A stretch of 64,000 bases of DNA from Eledone cirrhosa (GCA_964016885.1 OZ024740.1:253518001-253582000), one strand, 5' to 3'. Numbered from the stretch's first letter, positions 26,201-38,706 are shown. Numbers and translations: made by a program. Notes: a model not told the origin generated them from the letters alone.

Positions 26201-26218
26201 CATGTGTGTATATATATT

Positions 26219-26552
26219 CATTCATTCATTCATTTCATTTAACGTCCGCTTTTTCCCTGCTTGCAAGGGTGGGACGGGAGCTGATTCTGGCTTGATTTCT
26301 ACAGCTGGATGCCCTTCCTAACACCAACCTCATTTACAGTGAGTGCTGGGTGCTTTTTTGCCATGGCACCTCCACGACCACTTTGCAGTGGAATGATAGG
26401 GACCCCAGTCCCTATCATCTCATTTCTACAGTTGAGTAAACTGGAGCAATGTGAAATAAAGTGTCTTGCTCAAGGAAACAACACATCACCCAGTCTGAGA
26501 TTTGAACTCACAACCTTTCAATTGCAAGGCTCACCACTAAGCCATGTGCCTC

Positions 26553-26553
<1 letters not shown>
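26219..26553 (-). mobile_element. tRNA-derived SINE with RTE tail (head partly deleted)
   Basis: Reverse complement of 28129-28478. Confidence 0.9.
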
Positions 26554-26599
<46 letters not shown>

Positions 26600-26601
<2 letters not shown>

Positions 26602-27399
26602 TCCGACCACCGCTTCTTGGATTACCCACACGCGTTTTGACTTCCAACCAAAATCTCCATACATCCGTGTAACTTACCACTTTCAACCATCGTCTTACAC
26701 CATCACCTATATAACTCACCCACACACACATCCCAAAACAATTTTTTTTATCCACACGCCACCCACACCCACAACACGCTTAAACCACACACACGTGCTT
26801 CCCACCACATATTTACACCCTCAGCCCCCTGATTCCTCTCCCCCACCCCCCTATCCACACACGCACAGACCCTCCGACACACAAAAACACCCCCCACACA
26901 CACCTTCCTGAACATGCAACCCCGTTCTTCCTCCAACCCTCACTTTCACATACACACACACACACACACACACGCACACCTAACCACACACACCACCTTC
27001 AGCCCTCCCCGCTCGGACACCCCGTCTCCCTCTCCCCACTCCACCCGCCACCACCTCTACTCACCCCACACCCTTCCACCACCTGTTTACCCCCCTTTTA
27101 ATTTCAGTTTATTTTGATCATGCCTTTATTTTTAAATGTTCTCATTCCTTGTATTTTGATCATGCTTTATTTTTATTTATTATTTATTATATTTTTGTCT
27201 TTATTTGTTAATTTTTCATTCGCACCGTTTCCTTTCGCTATATGTCTCTCCACCACTCCCCTACACACCTTTTGAACTCTCACCTGAAGAAGGGCTTATG
27301 CCCGAAACGTCGTCCTCCACCTACCCCCCACTCTCCTGAGCGTGAATTTAATAAACATTTATCGTACTGCCTCTCTGTTCTGTCCCTGTTCAATTTTTC

Positions 27400-27400
<1 letters not shown>
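26600..27400 (+). mobile_element. Probable PLE 3' end / pseudo-LTR with hammerhead-like core at 27284-27314
   Basis: C/A-rich then T-rich UTR; CTGAAGA-a gggc ttat gccc-GAAA-cgtcg-TC; aataaa downstream; local stem I not evident. Confidence 0.5.
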
Positions 27401-27439
<39 letters not shown>

Positions 27440-27440
<1 letters not shown>

Positions 27441-28120
27441 GATAACAAAATATCGTTATAGGTAATCCAGTTAGAGGTTGTGAATACTTCTTATTATGGA
27501 TAGAATGCGCTGTTCGACTCAACAAGACTCGTAGATGACGAGTTTATGATTTCACTTGTATTCCTATGTAAGTTTATCTTGGAGTAATAAAATTGAAAAA
27601 GTGGAGAATAACATGGTCAACAGTACAAAAAAAAAGGGATTTATTTACAGTATAACAATTGTTTCACTGATAAAGTTGTCTAAAAATTGCTGAACACTAG
27701 AAGCAGTGCCACTCAATTTTAAATACAATGTTAGCTCGATCAGATCTTCGGAAATTGTTATAAAAAATATATATAACCGGCAAATTTACAAATTCAAATT
27801 ACATCATCAATAATAATATTAATAATAAAGATATAGAGAGAAAAGGAGGAAGAAAGATAGATACAGTAAAGAAAGAAAGGAAAGGAATAAGAAAAAAAGG
27901 AAAAGAAAAAGAGAAAGAAGAAGAAAAAGGAGAAATTATTACAGAGAAAAATATAAAGAGAAGAAAATATCTAGAAAATGATGGTACACAGAGGAGAGAC
28001 AAGCATAAGTAGAAATAACGTAGGATAGAGGGGAAAATAAATGAATAAATGTTAATACATGAATAAATGTAAACAAAAATAAAAATAAATATATAAAAAT
28101 ATATAAAAAGATATATACGT
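27440..28120 (-). mobile_element. PLE pseudo-LTR fragment with decayed long-stem-II hammerhead (~27645-27760)
   Basis: Similar to the reverse complement of 52320-52660; CCGAAGA-t ctgat...atcag t-GAAA-caattg-TT. Confidence 0.6.
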
Positions 28121-28128
28121 ATATATAT

Positions 28129-28478
28129 GGAGGCACATGGCTTAGTGGTTAGAGCATTGGGCTTGCAATCGAAAGGTTGTGAGTTCAATTCTCAGACCGG
28201 GTGATGTGTTGTTTCCTTGAGCAAGACACTTTATTTCACATTGCTCCAGTTTACTCAGCTGTAGAAATGAGATGATAGGGACTGGGGTCCCTATCATTCC
28301 AGTGCAAAGTGGTCGTGGAGGTGCCACGGCAAAAAAGCACCCACCACTCACTGTAAATGAGGTTGGTGTTAGGAAGGGCATCCATCTGTAGAAATCAAGC
28401 CAGAATCAGTTTCCGTCCCACCCTTGCAAGCAGGGAAAAGCGGACATAAAATGAAATGATGAAATGATGATGATGATG
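28129..28478 (+). mobile_element. tRNA-derived SINE: A/B boxes, CORE-like segment, hairpin, RTE-C-type 3'-UTR module, RTE-A tail
   Basis: tggcttagtgg (A box), gagttcaattc (B box), ccttgagcaagacactt, atgatagggac-tggg-gtccctatcat hairpin, ...cccacccttgcaagcagggaaaagcggac(a)taaaa(tga)n. Confidence 0.9.
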
Positions 28479-28498
28479 CATATATATATATATGTATA

Positions 28499-30080
28499 TC
28501 ATCATCATCATCATTTTACGTCCGCTTTTCCCTGCTTGCAAGGGTGGGACGGGTCTTATTCAGCATCTCTCCACTTGTCACGGTCCTTCGTCATCTCCAC
28601 CGTGAGCTTCAGCAATCTGTGGTCTGTTCTCACCACCTCCGCCCATGTTTTTCGTGGTCTACCTCTACCACGTCTTCCTTCAACTGGTATTTGCTGGCAC
28701 TTCTTCACCCATCGGTCATCCTCCATGCGCATCACATGTCCATACCACCTCAGTCTCCTCTCTCGCACACTACATTCTATCCCTCTTAGATACAGTTTCT
28801 TTCTCAAAACATCCATGCTGGGTCGTTCACGCACATTGACATTGCACATCCAACAGAGCATACTTACCTCATTTCTCTCCAGCCATCGCATATCCTCTGC
28901 AGTTGCTGCCCATGTCTCACCACCACTTCTATAGCACCCGCCTGCATTTGAAAAATGTGGCTATCAATGTGACTTCTACTATCTAATTTCCCTGTACATC
29001 TACTGCATACATATTTCTCCCTACCTGTTAGTTTGCCTGCTATCCCGCTACAACTCTTGTGTACCCAGGATCTGCATTGTGTGCATTTTATAGAATTTAT
29101 GCCAGTTCCTTTTCTGCATATCGAACATGCCCATTTCCCTGATGGAATCAGAGTTTTGTCCTCTTTGCTACTCATCAACACTTTTGTCTTAGCTAGATTC
29201 ACTCTCAGTCCTCTTGCTTCCAACTGCTGTTTCCATAGCCAGAATTTATTCTCTAGCTCCTCTACTGATTCTGCTATAAGAACCAGATCGTCAGCATAGA
29301 GAGGTTCCCATAGACAGCCAGTCTTAAACTCCTCCGTTATGGCTTGGAGGACTATAATGAACAAGAGCGGGCTGAGGACCGAACCTTGATGTACTCCTAC
29401 TAGTATCTGGAATTCCTCACTAAACTCCATTCTACCCTGACTTTACTGACAGCACCTCTGTACAAAGTGTGCACTGTCCTCACAAGCCATTCCTCACACC
29501 TAGTTTCCTTAGGGACCACCAGATGACAAGTCAACAAAGACTAAGTATAGTGGCCTATTCTTCTCTAAGAACCTCTCTTGTAATTGTCTCACCAAGAAGA
29601 GGGCATCTGTTGTACTTTTCCCAGGCACAAAACCACAACTCCATCTCATCTAGTTTGACCCTTTCTCTAATTAGTTGTGCTAATATCCTTTCTGCCACTT
29701 TCATAACCTGATCTATCAGTTTTATACCCCTATAATTGCTCCTCTCCAGAGCATTCCCTTTAACTTTGTAGCAATTTACGAGAATATTGCTGCACCAGTC
29801 TTTGGGTATGAGACCGCCTTATATAGCCTGATTGATAATGCGTGCAACAACTTTAGTGCCTACGTCCCCTGATGCCTTCAGCATCTCAGCAGCTATCTCC
29901 GACGGTCCAACAGCCTTACCATTTTTCATTTCCTTAATCACCTCTTGGACCCTATATTCGTCAGTCTCAATAGCTGGTCCCTCTTCGGATCTACTGAGGG
30001 TAATTTCTCTCTCTCCCATTCGTTTTCCACATTCACCAGTCTCTCATAATGACATTTCCAGGCCTCCTTTTTCTGATCAT
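28499..30080 (-). mobile_element. RTE family A, 5'-truncated with internal deletions
   Basis: GVHQGSVLSP, YADD, PHD insert; deletions near 28918 and 29528; (GAT)n tail at 28499. Confidence 0.93.
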
Positions 30081-30082
30081 AC

Positions 30083-30397
30083 TTGTTGAGAGAGAAACTG
30101 TGTCTGAGAGGGATAGAATGTAGTGTGCGAGAGAGGAGACTGAGGTGGTATGGACATGTGATGCGCATGGAGGATGACCGATGGGTGAAGAAGTGCCAGG
30201 AAATGCCAGTTGAAGGAAGACGTGGTAGAAGTAGACCATGAAAAACATGGGCGGAGGTGGTGAGAACCGACCTCAGATTGCTGAAGCTCATGGTGGAGAT
30301 GACGAAGGACCGTGACAAGTGGAGAGATGCTGTGCTGAATAAAACCCGTCCCACCCTTGCAAGCAGGGAAAAGTGGACGTAAAATGATGATGATGAT
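30083..30397 (+). mobile_element. RTE family A 3' end, fused head-to-head with the preceding copy
   Basis: LRGIECSVRERRLRWYGHVMR...ggacgtaaaa(tga)n. Confidence 0.93.
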
Positions 30398-30699
30398 ATA
30401 TATATCAAAGTTTATATGGTTCATTGATTATTCAACGAATACAATTTTACAATAGATTAGAAGCACTCAACTGATATTTTCTGGAGTATTTAATATTATT
30501 CAATATATCTGCATCTTCCCTTTTCTTCTTTTACTTATTTTTTCTTCGCATCTTCTCCTTCAACTCTACTTCTATATTTCTACCTTGCTTTACGTCCTCT
30601 TCTTCTGTAAGTTTATCATATTATTTGCAGTATAAAAATGTTGAGGGTTGGTGAAATAAATCACTACCGCTACAGGAATTGACCCATAAGAGGTAGACC

Positions 30700-32640
30700 C
30701 CCCCCCCCCCTCCACCATAACGTCAATGGCGAAAAAGACTCCCCTGGGAAGGTGGATTCGGTGGACCAAAGCCATACGGACCCCCCCAAAACAATGATCG
30801 CGCATGCAATAGGGGTTAGTATTAAAACTACCCTAAAGGGCCACATATTCAAATTCAACGAAAAGATCTACACCCAAAATGAGGGGAGCAGTCATTGGTG
30901 TCAGCATAGCTGGTGACGTTGTATGGAATTAGCTATCTATTGTGCTACATTCTAAATCATACTTGTTAGTACTCTCTTGTGGGGGTGTCCTTTTTACTAT
31001 ATTAATGTCGTCTACGTAACTACGTAACTATGGAGCTCTCATCAAGATCTTTGAGTCTCCTTTCCCACGATACCATAAAAAGTTTGGCAACGTCACCAGC
31101 TATGCTGACGCCAGAGATATTATTTTAATTTCTATGATGTCTATGTTTCCGTCATGTTCTTGTCTGGTTGTTGTCTGGCGTGTTCATATAGTACTGAACC
31201 GTTTTTTTTTTTTTGTCCTTTTAGTTCCCTCCCCCCCTCCACCAGTGTTGGTCTATCCTTTCACCTATGCTACGAGCTGTCTCGCCTATGTATGTTGTTG
31301 TCATGTTTCTGCAAGTACCATCTGTACATCTTATGCTATAGACTACGTTTCTAGTTTTACAGTTTATCCGGGGATTTACTTTACATATAATACATTTCCT
31401 ATTAGTACAGTAGGTTTTCTTAAAATGGTAGGTTTTGCTGATCAGGGATTTTAAGGTGGTTCCTGGCTTTTCTACCACCTTAATCTATAAGTGGGTCTTT
31501 CTCAGGCCTTTCTACACTGGTTAGCTAATTTCCCTCCAAGGGTAGCGTCCACGAACATGACACTCTGGTATCTCTGGTTGTCGTACCATGAGGTGGCTTT
31601 CCCTATCTTATATTTAGTCCTATCTAAGCTATTCCATGATTTGCTCCTGTATAATGGGCAAATTCCTTTCATGTCCAGTTCAATGAGGGTCTTATACTTC
31701 TCCGTGGCTCCTTCGTATACTCTGAGTATAACTGCAACTATCGACTACCCTTCCAAACAGCCTAACAGTAGACTACCTGTATTGGACACGGAACTCTGGA
31801 TTAACACTATAGACGAGAGGGCCCAAATTCTCCACTCACTCTACGCTAAACCCATGGCCTCCAAATACCTGATACTCAAAAACTCAGCAATGTCCAGTAG
31901 TGCTAAGTTTAATATTCTGATCACAGACTTGGTATGAGTGATGAAGAACGTGTCCCACATGTGCGACCCAACAGAAATGGAAAGACACATCCAACACTTA
32001 TCAACCGCAGGCAGTTCTCTGGCTACAACTAAAGAGACAGAATCAGAGTATACGAAGGAGCCATGCAGAAGTATAACACTGGGGGGAACTAAAAGGACGA
32101 AAAAACGGTTCAGTACTATACAAACATTCCAGACAACAACACGACGGTAACATAGACATCATAGAAATTAAAATAATATCTAAACATAGAAATGACCCAG
32201 CAGATAGGCAAATGAGAGAGGCCAGTGAAATAGAACTTAGAAGGCCAAAGCTAAACAGAAAAAATGAATCGAATAACAACACCCAAACAAACTATACTGA
32301 CTTAAGAGAAATATAAATAAATAAATAAATATATACACAAGCACAATAACAACAAACACATATAAGCACACACTAGTAAACTAAGATAGAACACAATAAC
32401 CAAAACAGTCACCCAAACGTGAACACACACCAAACACTATACACACACGCAAAAGACAAAAATAAATAAATAAATAAATAAACAGATTAAATAAACATGG
32501 CGTAAATATACAATAGGGCGGTGCCCCAGCATGGCCTCAGCCGGATGGCTGAAACAGGTAAAAGAGTAAAAGAGTAATACAACAGGAGCAACATAATAGC
32601 ACCACTGACGATGTTGCAGATGTGCAATGAAAAAACTTTA
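30700..32640. mobile_element. Scrambled Neptune-like PLE fragments in alternating orientation
   Basis: + strand HIFKFNEKIYTQ..IGVSIAGDV (30840-30920); - strand GVSIAGDVAKLFM..YVDDI (~31000-31110); - strand CTNRKCIIC...YIGETARSIGERIDQH (31221-31478); + strand LPVLDTELW..YAKP (31730-32150); hammerhead-like core CTGACGA..GAAA at 32605-32632. Confidence 0.8.
32513..32578 (+). mobile_element. 3' tail of another SINE/LINE family
   Basis: agggcggtgccccagcatggcc...ggctgaaacagg followed by a (taaaagag)2 tail. Confidence 0.45.
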
Positions 32641-32883
32641 TTAGACTATATATATGTGTTTATATCAATATTATATCTGTATTTTTGACCGTTGGTCAGT
32701 CAATGGTAAACATTGAGAACCAAATGAATTAACTGATATAAAAGATACAGAAGCGAAAACCAACCAAACAGTGAGTGTGTTCTGTTATTAATTCTGGCAA
32801 TATTATTACAACAATATGACCCTCCCCAAGTATAACAATATTTGTTTCAACACACGATTTCATATCAAAAACCTCGAAAAACA

Positions 32884-33160
32884 AATATATATATATATAC
32901 ATATATGTATATCCAAGATATATATTGACTTAGAAACTCAAAATATATATACATATATACATATATATACATATATATATACATATATATACATATACAT
33001 ATATGTATATATATACATATATATACATATACATATATGTATATATATACATATATATACATATACATATATGTATATACATACATATACATATATGTAT
33101 ATACATACATATATATACATATATACATATATATATATCTACATATATATATACATATAC

Positions 33161-33191
<31 letters not shown>

Positions 33192-33248
33192 AATATATAC
33201 ATATATACACATACATATATATATATACATATACATATATACGCATAC

Positions 33249-33281
<33 letters not shown>

Positions 33282-33378
33282 CACATATATATATATATAT
33301 ATATATATATCATCATCATCATCGTTTAACGTCCATCTTCCAAGCTGGCATTATATATATGTATATATATATCCACAT
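32884..33378. repeat. (TA)n/(TACA)n microsatellite with a ~40-bp solo RTE tail at 33310-33350
   Basis: Simple repeat; catcatcatcatcgtttaacgtccatcttcc. Confidence 0.9.
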
Positions 33379-33973
33379 ATCATCATCATCTTCACCGTTT
33401 TACGTCCGTTCTTCCACGCTAGCATGGGTTAGACGGGTTGTCCTGTTGTGGGCAGTGTCTGGTCGGCTGACCATGCCTTGCTCATACAGGAACTGATTTG
33501 GCTTGATTTCTACAGCTGGATGCCCTTCCTAACACCAACCTCATTTACAGTGAGTGCTGGGTGCTTTTTCGTGGCGCCTACACATCCACTTTACAGTGTG
33601 GGCTGGGTGCTTTTTTGCCGTGGCACCTCCACGACCACCTTGCGGTGGGGGGTGTGGGGGCATATTGTCTATATGCTTCAGCTTGTACCCATGGGAGGTC
33701 GGGTACTCTGTATTACTGCGTGACGCCAGAGGTCACGGTCGTGTGTCATCGACTTTGAGAGGTGTAATTGGGTAAGGTCGGCTTTTATCACCTCATCCCA
33801 GGTCATCTTGGGTCTCCCCACTCCGCGGTTTCCATCGACTTCTAGAGCTCTGCACCTTTTTATGCAGCTGTCATCCTTCATACGCATCACATGTCCATAC
33901 CAGCGCAACCGCCTCTCCTGCTCACAGCATTTGATTCCTCTTATGCTCAGTCTCTCTCTCAATGAATATATAA

Positions 33974-34023
<50 letters not shown>

Positions 34024-37000
34024 TTCTACCTGGAGTTGCGACCGATAGATAGTATCAGCAATTGGAAAGACCAATTCATTTATGCTTTGTCGTTCACGTA
34101 TATTACTGTTACACATCCATCGGAGCATGCAGGCTTCGTTTCTCTCTAATCAACGTAAGTCTTCCACCTTCAGCGCCCAGGTCTCACTACCATGCAACAT
34201 CGCTGTTCGGATACACGCATCATACAGTCTGCCTTTCATTTTGAGGGAGAAGCCTTTTGCAGCTAGCAGTGGTAGTAGTTCCCTAAACTTCTTCCATCCC
34301 GTTCTTATCCTAGTTATTGTACTTTCTGAACACCCACCTCCGCTGCTAATTCGGTCACCTAGGTAGCAGAAGCTGTCTACTGTTTCTACAGAGCCCTCCC
34401 AGAGATTGGTGGTACTTGTTTCCTGTGGCTGTTTTCTGCTTGCTGTCTCAGCACAGCTGCTGCATGTGAAGCCTACATTCTTAATTAAGCTTCCTGAGAT
34501 CCCGCTACATCTCTTGTGTACTCATTGTTTTCATTTGGGGCAGAGAATGGAGTTCCTACCTACACCTTTCCTACATACTGAGCAAGGCCATTTCCCTGAG
34601 GGGATCTGGGTTCTGTTTTCTCGTCTACTTACAAGGACCTTAGTCTTTGTCATGTTGACTTTGAGACCCTTTCTTTCTAGTCCCTGCTTCCAAGTTTGGA
34701 ATTTCTTCTCTAGTTCTACCATAGATTCAGCTATAAGTGCGAGGTCATCAGCATACAGGAATTCCCATGGGCATCCAGTCTTAAACTCCTCCGTTATTGC
34801 CTGCAGGACTATGATGAACAGAGGGGGCTAAGAACAGAGCCCTGGTGGACCCCAACCTGTACGCTAAATTCCTCGTTATACTCATTGCTAATCCTAACTT
34901 TGCTGACTGTTCCCCTATACATGGCTTGTACCGCTTTCACAAGCCATTCATCTACTACTAGTTTTCTAAAAGCCCACCAGATTACAGCACCTGGAACTCT
35001 GTCAAAGGCTTTCTCAAGGTCGACAAATGCCAGGTAGAGTGGCTTACTTTTAGCTAGGTACTTTTCCTGTAACTGCCTCACAAGGAAGATGGCATCAGTG
35101 GTGCCTCTTCCTGGTACAAACCCAAATTGCATCTCGTCTAGTTTCACCCGGTCCCTAATCAACTGTGCTATAACTCTTTCTGTTACTTTCATGACCTGGT
35201 CCATCAGCTTTACACCTCTATAGTTTCCTCTATCTAGTGCATCACCTTTACCGTTGTAGCAGTTGACAATGATGCTACTGCACCAATCTTTTGGTATGGC
35301 ACCTTCTAGTATTACCTGGTTAACAATATGTGTGGTTATAGTGTAACCTACAGACCCAGTTGCCTTCAGCATCTTGGCAGCTATACCCGATGGACCGGTT
35401 GCCTTCCCCATCTTCATATCTTTGATTGCCTTACTTACTACGTTGCTGCTGACTTGTACTGCTGGCCCCTCTATAGGGTCTACTTGGGGTAGGGTCTCTT
35501 CTTCCCATGCATTCTCCTCATTTAGTAATCTATCATAATGACTCTTCCATGCATCTTTCTTCTCAGCACTTGTGAGGGCAAGCTCACCTTTATCATTCCG
35601 GATACACTTCTCTCCAATGACATCACAACTCTCTCTGACACACTGTCTCGCAATCTTGAACACCTCCTGTTTCTGGTCCTCACATTGCAAAACATGCTTG
35701 AATTTTCTATCCTCTGCTTCCCTCCTAGCTAAGTATACTTGTCGCCTAGCTTCCCTCTTGGTCTCTATGTAATGTACCCTGCTCCCCCCGTTCTTCCATT
35801 TTTTCCATGCCCGTCTCTTGGCCTTAACTGCCTCATCTACCTTATTGTTCCACCACCAAGTCACTCTCCTCCTGCTTGAGGTCTTACTCCAGCCACAGAC
35901 CTCATTCGTCGCCTCTAGTAAGTTATTTTTTAGGAACTCCCAGTTCTCTTCTACATTGAATGTCTCTATCTGTTCTTCTTTACTGTCGTAGGCGTTGAGT
36001 AAAATATCTTTAAATCTGTTACTGGTTGAGGGGTCTTTCAGCTTCCAGATCTTTCTTCTCCAGGTTGGCCTCTGTTTCCAGGTTCGACTAGTTCTGACTG
36101 TGAGGTCCCTGACAACTAAGCTATATTGGGATGTACATTCCTCACTAGCGAAGGCTTTTGTGTTTACGACTGTCCATCTGTCACATTCTCTGATGAGGAT
36201 AAAATCTATCTGACTAGAGTGCTCCCCTGATATAGGTGATCAGGTGGTTGTCGGGTTTTTTAAAGTTTGTGTTACATATCGACATGTCATTGGCGTCGCA
36301 GAATTCTAGAAGTCTGAATCCTTCCTCATTTCTTGTGCCAACCCCATGGCCTCCATGTACTCTATTGAAGCCGTCGCAGTGTTTACCTACGTGTCCGTTA
36401 AAATCTCCTGCGATGATTAGGAAGTCATTGTCGTCTGTTAGAGCAGTAGTGTGCATTAGGGACTCGTAAAACCTATCCCTAAGTTCGTCTGGCAGCCCCG
36501 ATTGGGGTGCATAAGCTGATATTATTGTGGTAATTGTTTTATTCAGGACTAGTCTGAGTTTAATGATTCTTGCATTTACCCTGTACACTGAGATTACTTT
36601 ATCTACCCACTTGTCAGCTAGTAGTATACCTACACCACCCATCCCATCGTCATTTCCCACCCAGAAAAATTTCTAGCACCGACTTTTTCCTACAAGGACT
36701 CTAGCAGACTCTCCTCTCCATCTAGTCTCTTGCACACAGCATACATCAATTTCCTTTCGCTCTAGCATTTCTACGATTTCTCCTGCTCTTCCTTTCATTG
36801 AGCCTACATTGATGGTACCAACTCGGAGTTTTGGGCATTTGTTGACACTCGTAGGGAAGGGTCTCTGGATTGGCGCTTCACATGGGTGCTTGGTAGCTCG
36901 CAGATTCATATTTCATCTATTAATTCAGAGTTGCTCAAATTTATTCTCAGCTCATCCATCCATAATGGTAGGAAAATTTAAGGCTAGAAGAACAGTGGTG

Positions 37001-37505
37001 GTGGCATAATGGCAGGGTGTGTTGGGCTGGGACAGGGGAGGGGAGAGTTAGAGATGGATGACTGGAACGAAGCCAAATAAACTCTAGTGATTCATTTTAG
37101 CCTTTCAGAATAGAGGGTCTTATCTCTTCAATAGCTTCAAGATGAGTGAGGTGGAATTGGTGAAGAGAGAACGGGTAGCTTAGAGATAGATAGAGAGAAA
37201 GATAGAGAGATAGATAGAGAGAAAGATAGAGAGATAGATAGAGAGAAAGATAGAGAGGAGGGTAGCCATCATAGAGAGAGAAGGTCGCCGCATGGCAAAG
37301 TAGCCGATAGAATACATCAACAATAATATTAATAATAATAGCGAGTCATGGCCTTTGATGGGAAAATAGACAGAGACGAGGAAAAATAAACAGAGTCAGC
37401 ATGGTAGGAGAATAACAGAGTGGATGTGAGGTAGGGAGCTGAAATACCTTTGTAAAATTTGTATGGATGGATGACTGGAACCAAGCCAAATCAACTCTAG
37501 TGATC
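33379..37505 (-). mobile_element. RTE family C, apparently full-length (5' UTR, APE, RT, PHD insert, 3' UTR), disrupted
   Basis: RVGTINVGSM, VQETRW, GDFNGHVG, TWWWN, NYRGVKL, DLEKAFD, GVHQG, WPCSVC...; 3' UTR and tail; ~110-bp insertion at ~33964-34070. Confidence 0.95.
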
Positions 37506-37539
37506 CATATACATATATATATATATATATATAATTAAA

Positions 37540-38660
37540 TAATAAGAAGAGTAACATGGTTGGCTGTACAATGAGGGCTTTATTTAAAGTACTGACAATT
37601 GTTTCATTGATCTGGTGGGTCTAGAGTTCGCTAATTGCTTGATGCTGCATCAATCGATCTCCAATACTTTGTTTACAACCAGTTAATACATCCATCAGAG
37701 CAAGTGGATATGAGAATAATACGCAAGGCATGGCTTTTATAGAAGAGTGGTATTAAACCAAAACAATAACATCAGTAACAAAATATCTAGATAGTGAATA
37801 ATTAAAACAATAACATCAATAATAATAAAAAATAGAACATAATAATAAAACACACATGGTAAATAGACAGAGATGGTACAGATGTATGAAATGACATGCG
37901 AAATCTACCATATGGTACATTAAAATTAGTAGTAGTACTAAGGGGATGAATTAACGTAGGTAAAGGGATAAATAATTGTTTCTACTTTAGGCACAAGGCC
38001 AGCAATTACCCAGTGCATTACTGGTACTTTATTTTATCGACCCCGTAAGGATGAAAGGCAAAGTCAACCTCGGCGGGATTTGAACTCAGATCGTAAAGGG
38101 ACGTAACTATGCTGGAAAGCATGGCGTCCGACCCTCTACCGATACTGCCAATCCACCGCCGTAAAGGGATAAATAATAAAATGTACTTAGAGTCAGATTT
38201 TAGGATCTACACTTTAAGTATAATTATGAGAGATTTAGATACAAATGAGCTGTGGGTCTGAAACAAGAACAACAATAAAACAGAGATTGATTCATGGTTT
38301 GAGTAGGTATTTTCTCCTGTTGTATTAACCTAGTGTGATTGATGGAGGGAGTGTATAGAGATTTATGGTTCTATGGAGGCCGGTATTAAATGAAATTGTG
38401 GATTCAGTATGTTAGGTGGTTTATTCAAAATTTTGGGATTGCTAGTTCGAATCATGGGGGTTTAGTTTTCACAACATCAATAACAAAACAGCCTATAATT
38501 AAAACAATAACATCAATAATAAAACATGCATGGTAAATAGATAGAGAACATGGCGAATAAAATCAAGGATAGCGTATATTGAAATGTTAATAATAATAAT
38601 AAGAAGAAGAAAATAAGAGTTTCAAAGGAGTGTAAAGGTAATAAGATAATGTACTTAGAA
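37540..38660 (-). mobile_element. PLE 3'-UTR/pseudo-LTR fragment (same family as 50400-52660) with variant hammerhead at 37589-37704
   Basis: Colinear with 50420-51440; ttgct-CTGATGG-long stem II-GAAA-caattg-TC-agta. Confidence 0.8.
37977..38160 (-). mobile_element. Nin/Deu-domain tRNA-SINE with 17-bp TSD
   Basis: ggcggtggattggcagtatcgg...gagttcaaatccc...gcctttcatccttacggggtcgataaaataaagtaccag; TSD gtaaagggataaataat at 37960-37976 and 38161-38177. Confidence 0.92.
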
Positions 38661-38706
38661 TTATATATATATATATATATCAAAGATATATATTGCATTA
38701 GAAACT

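Noticed and set aside
28129-28200. tRNA gene (also 38090-38160, 50740-50810)
   Set aside because: A/B boxes continue into SINE bodies with tails and TSDs; no complete cloverleaf
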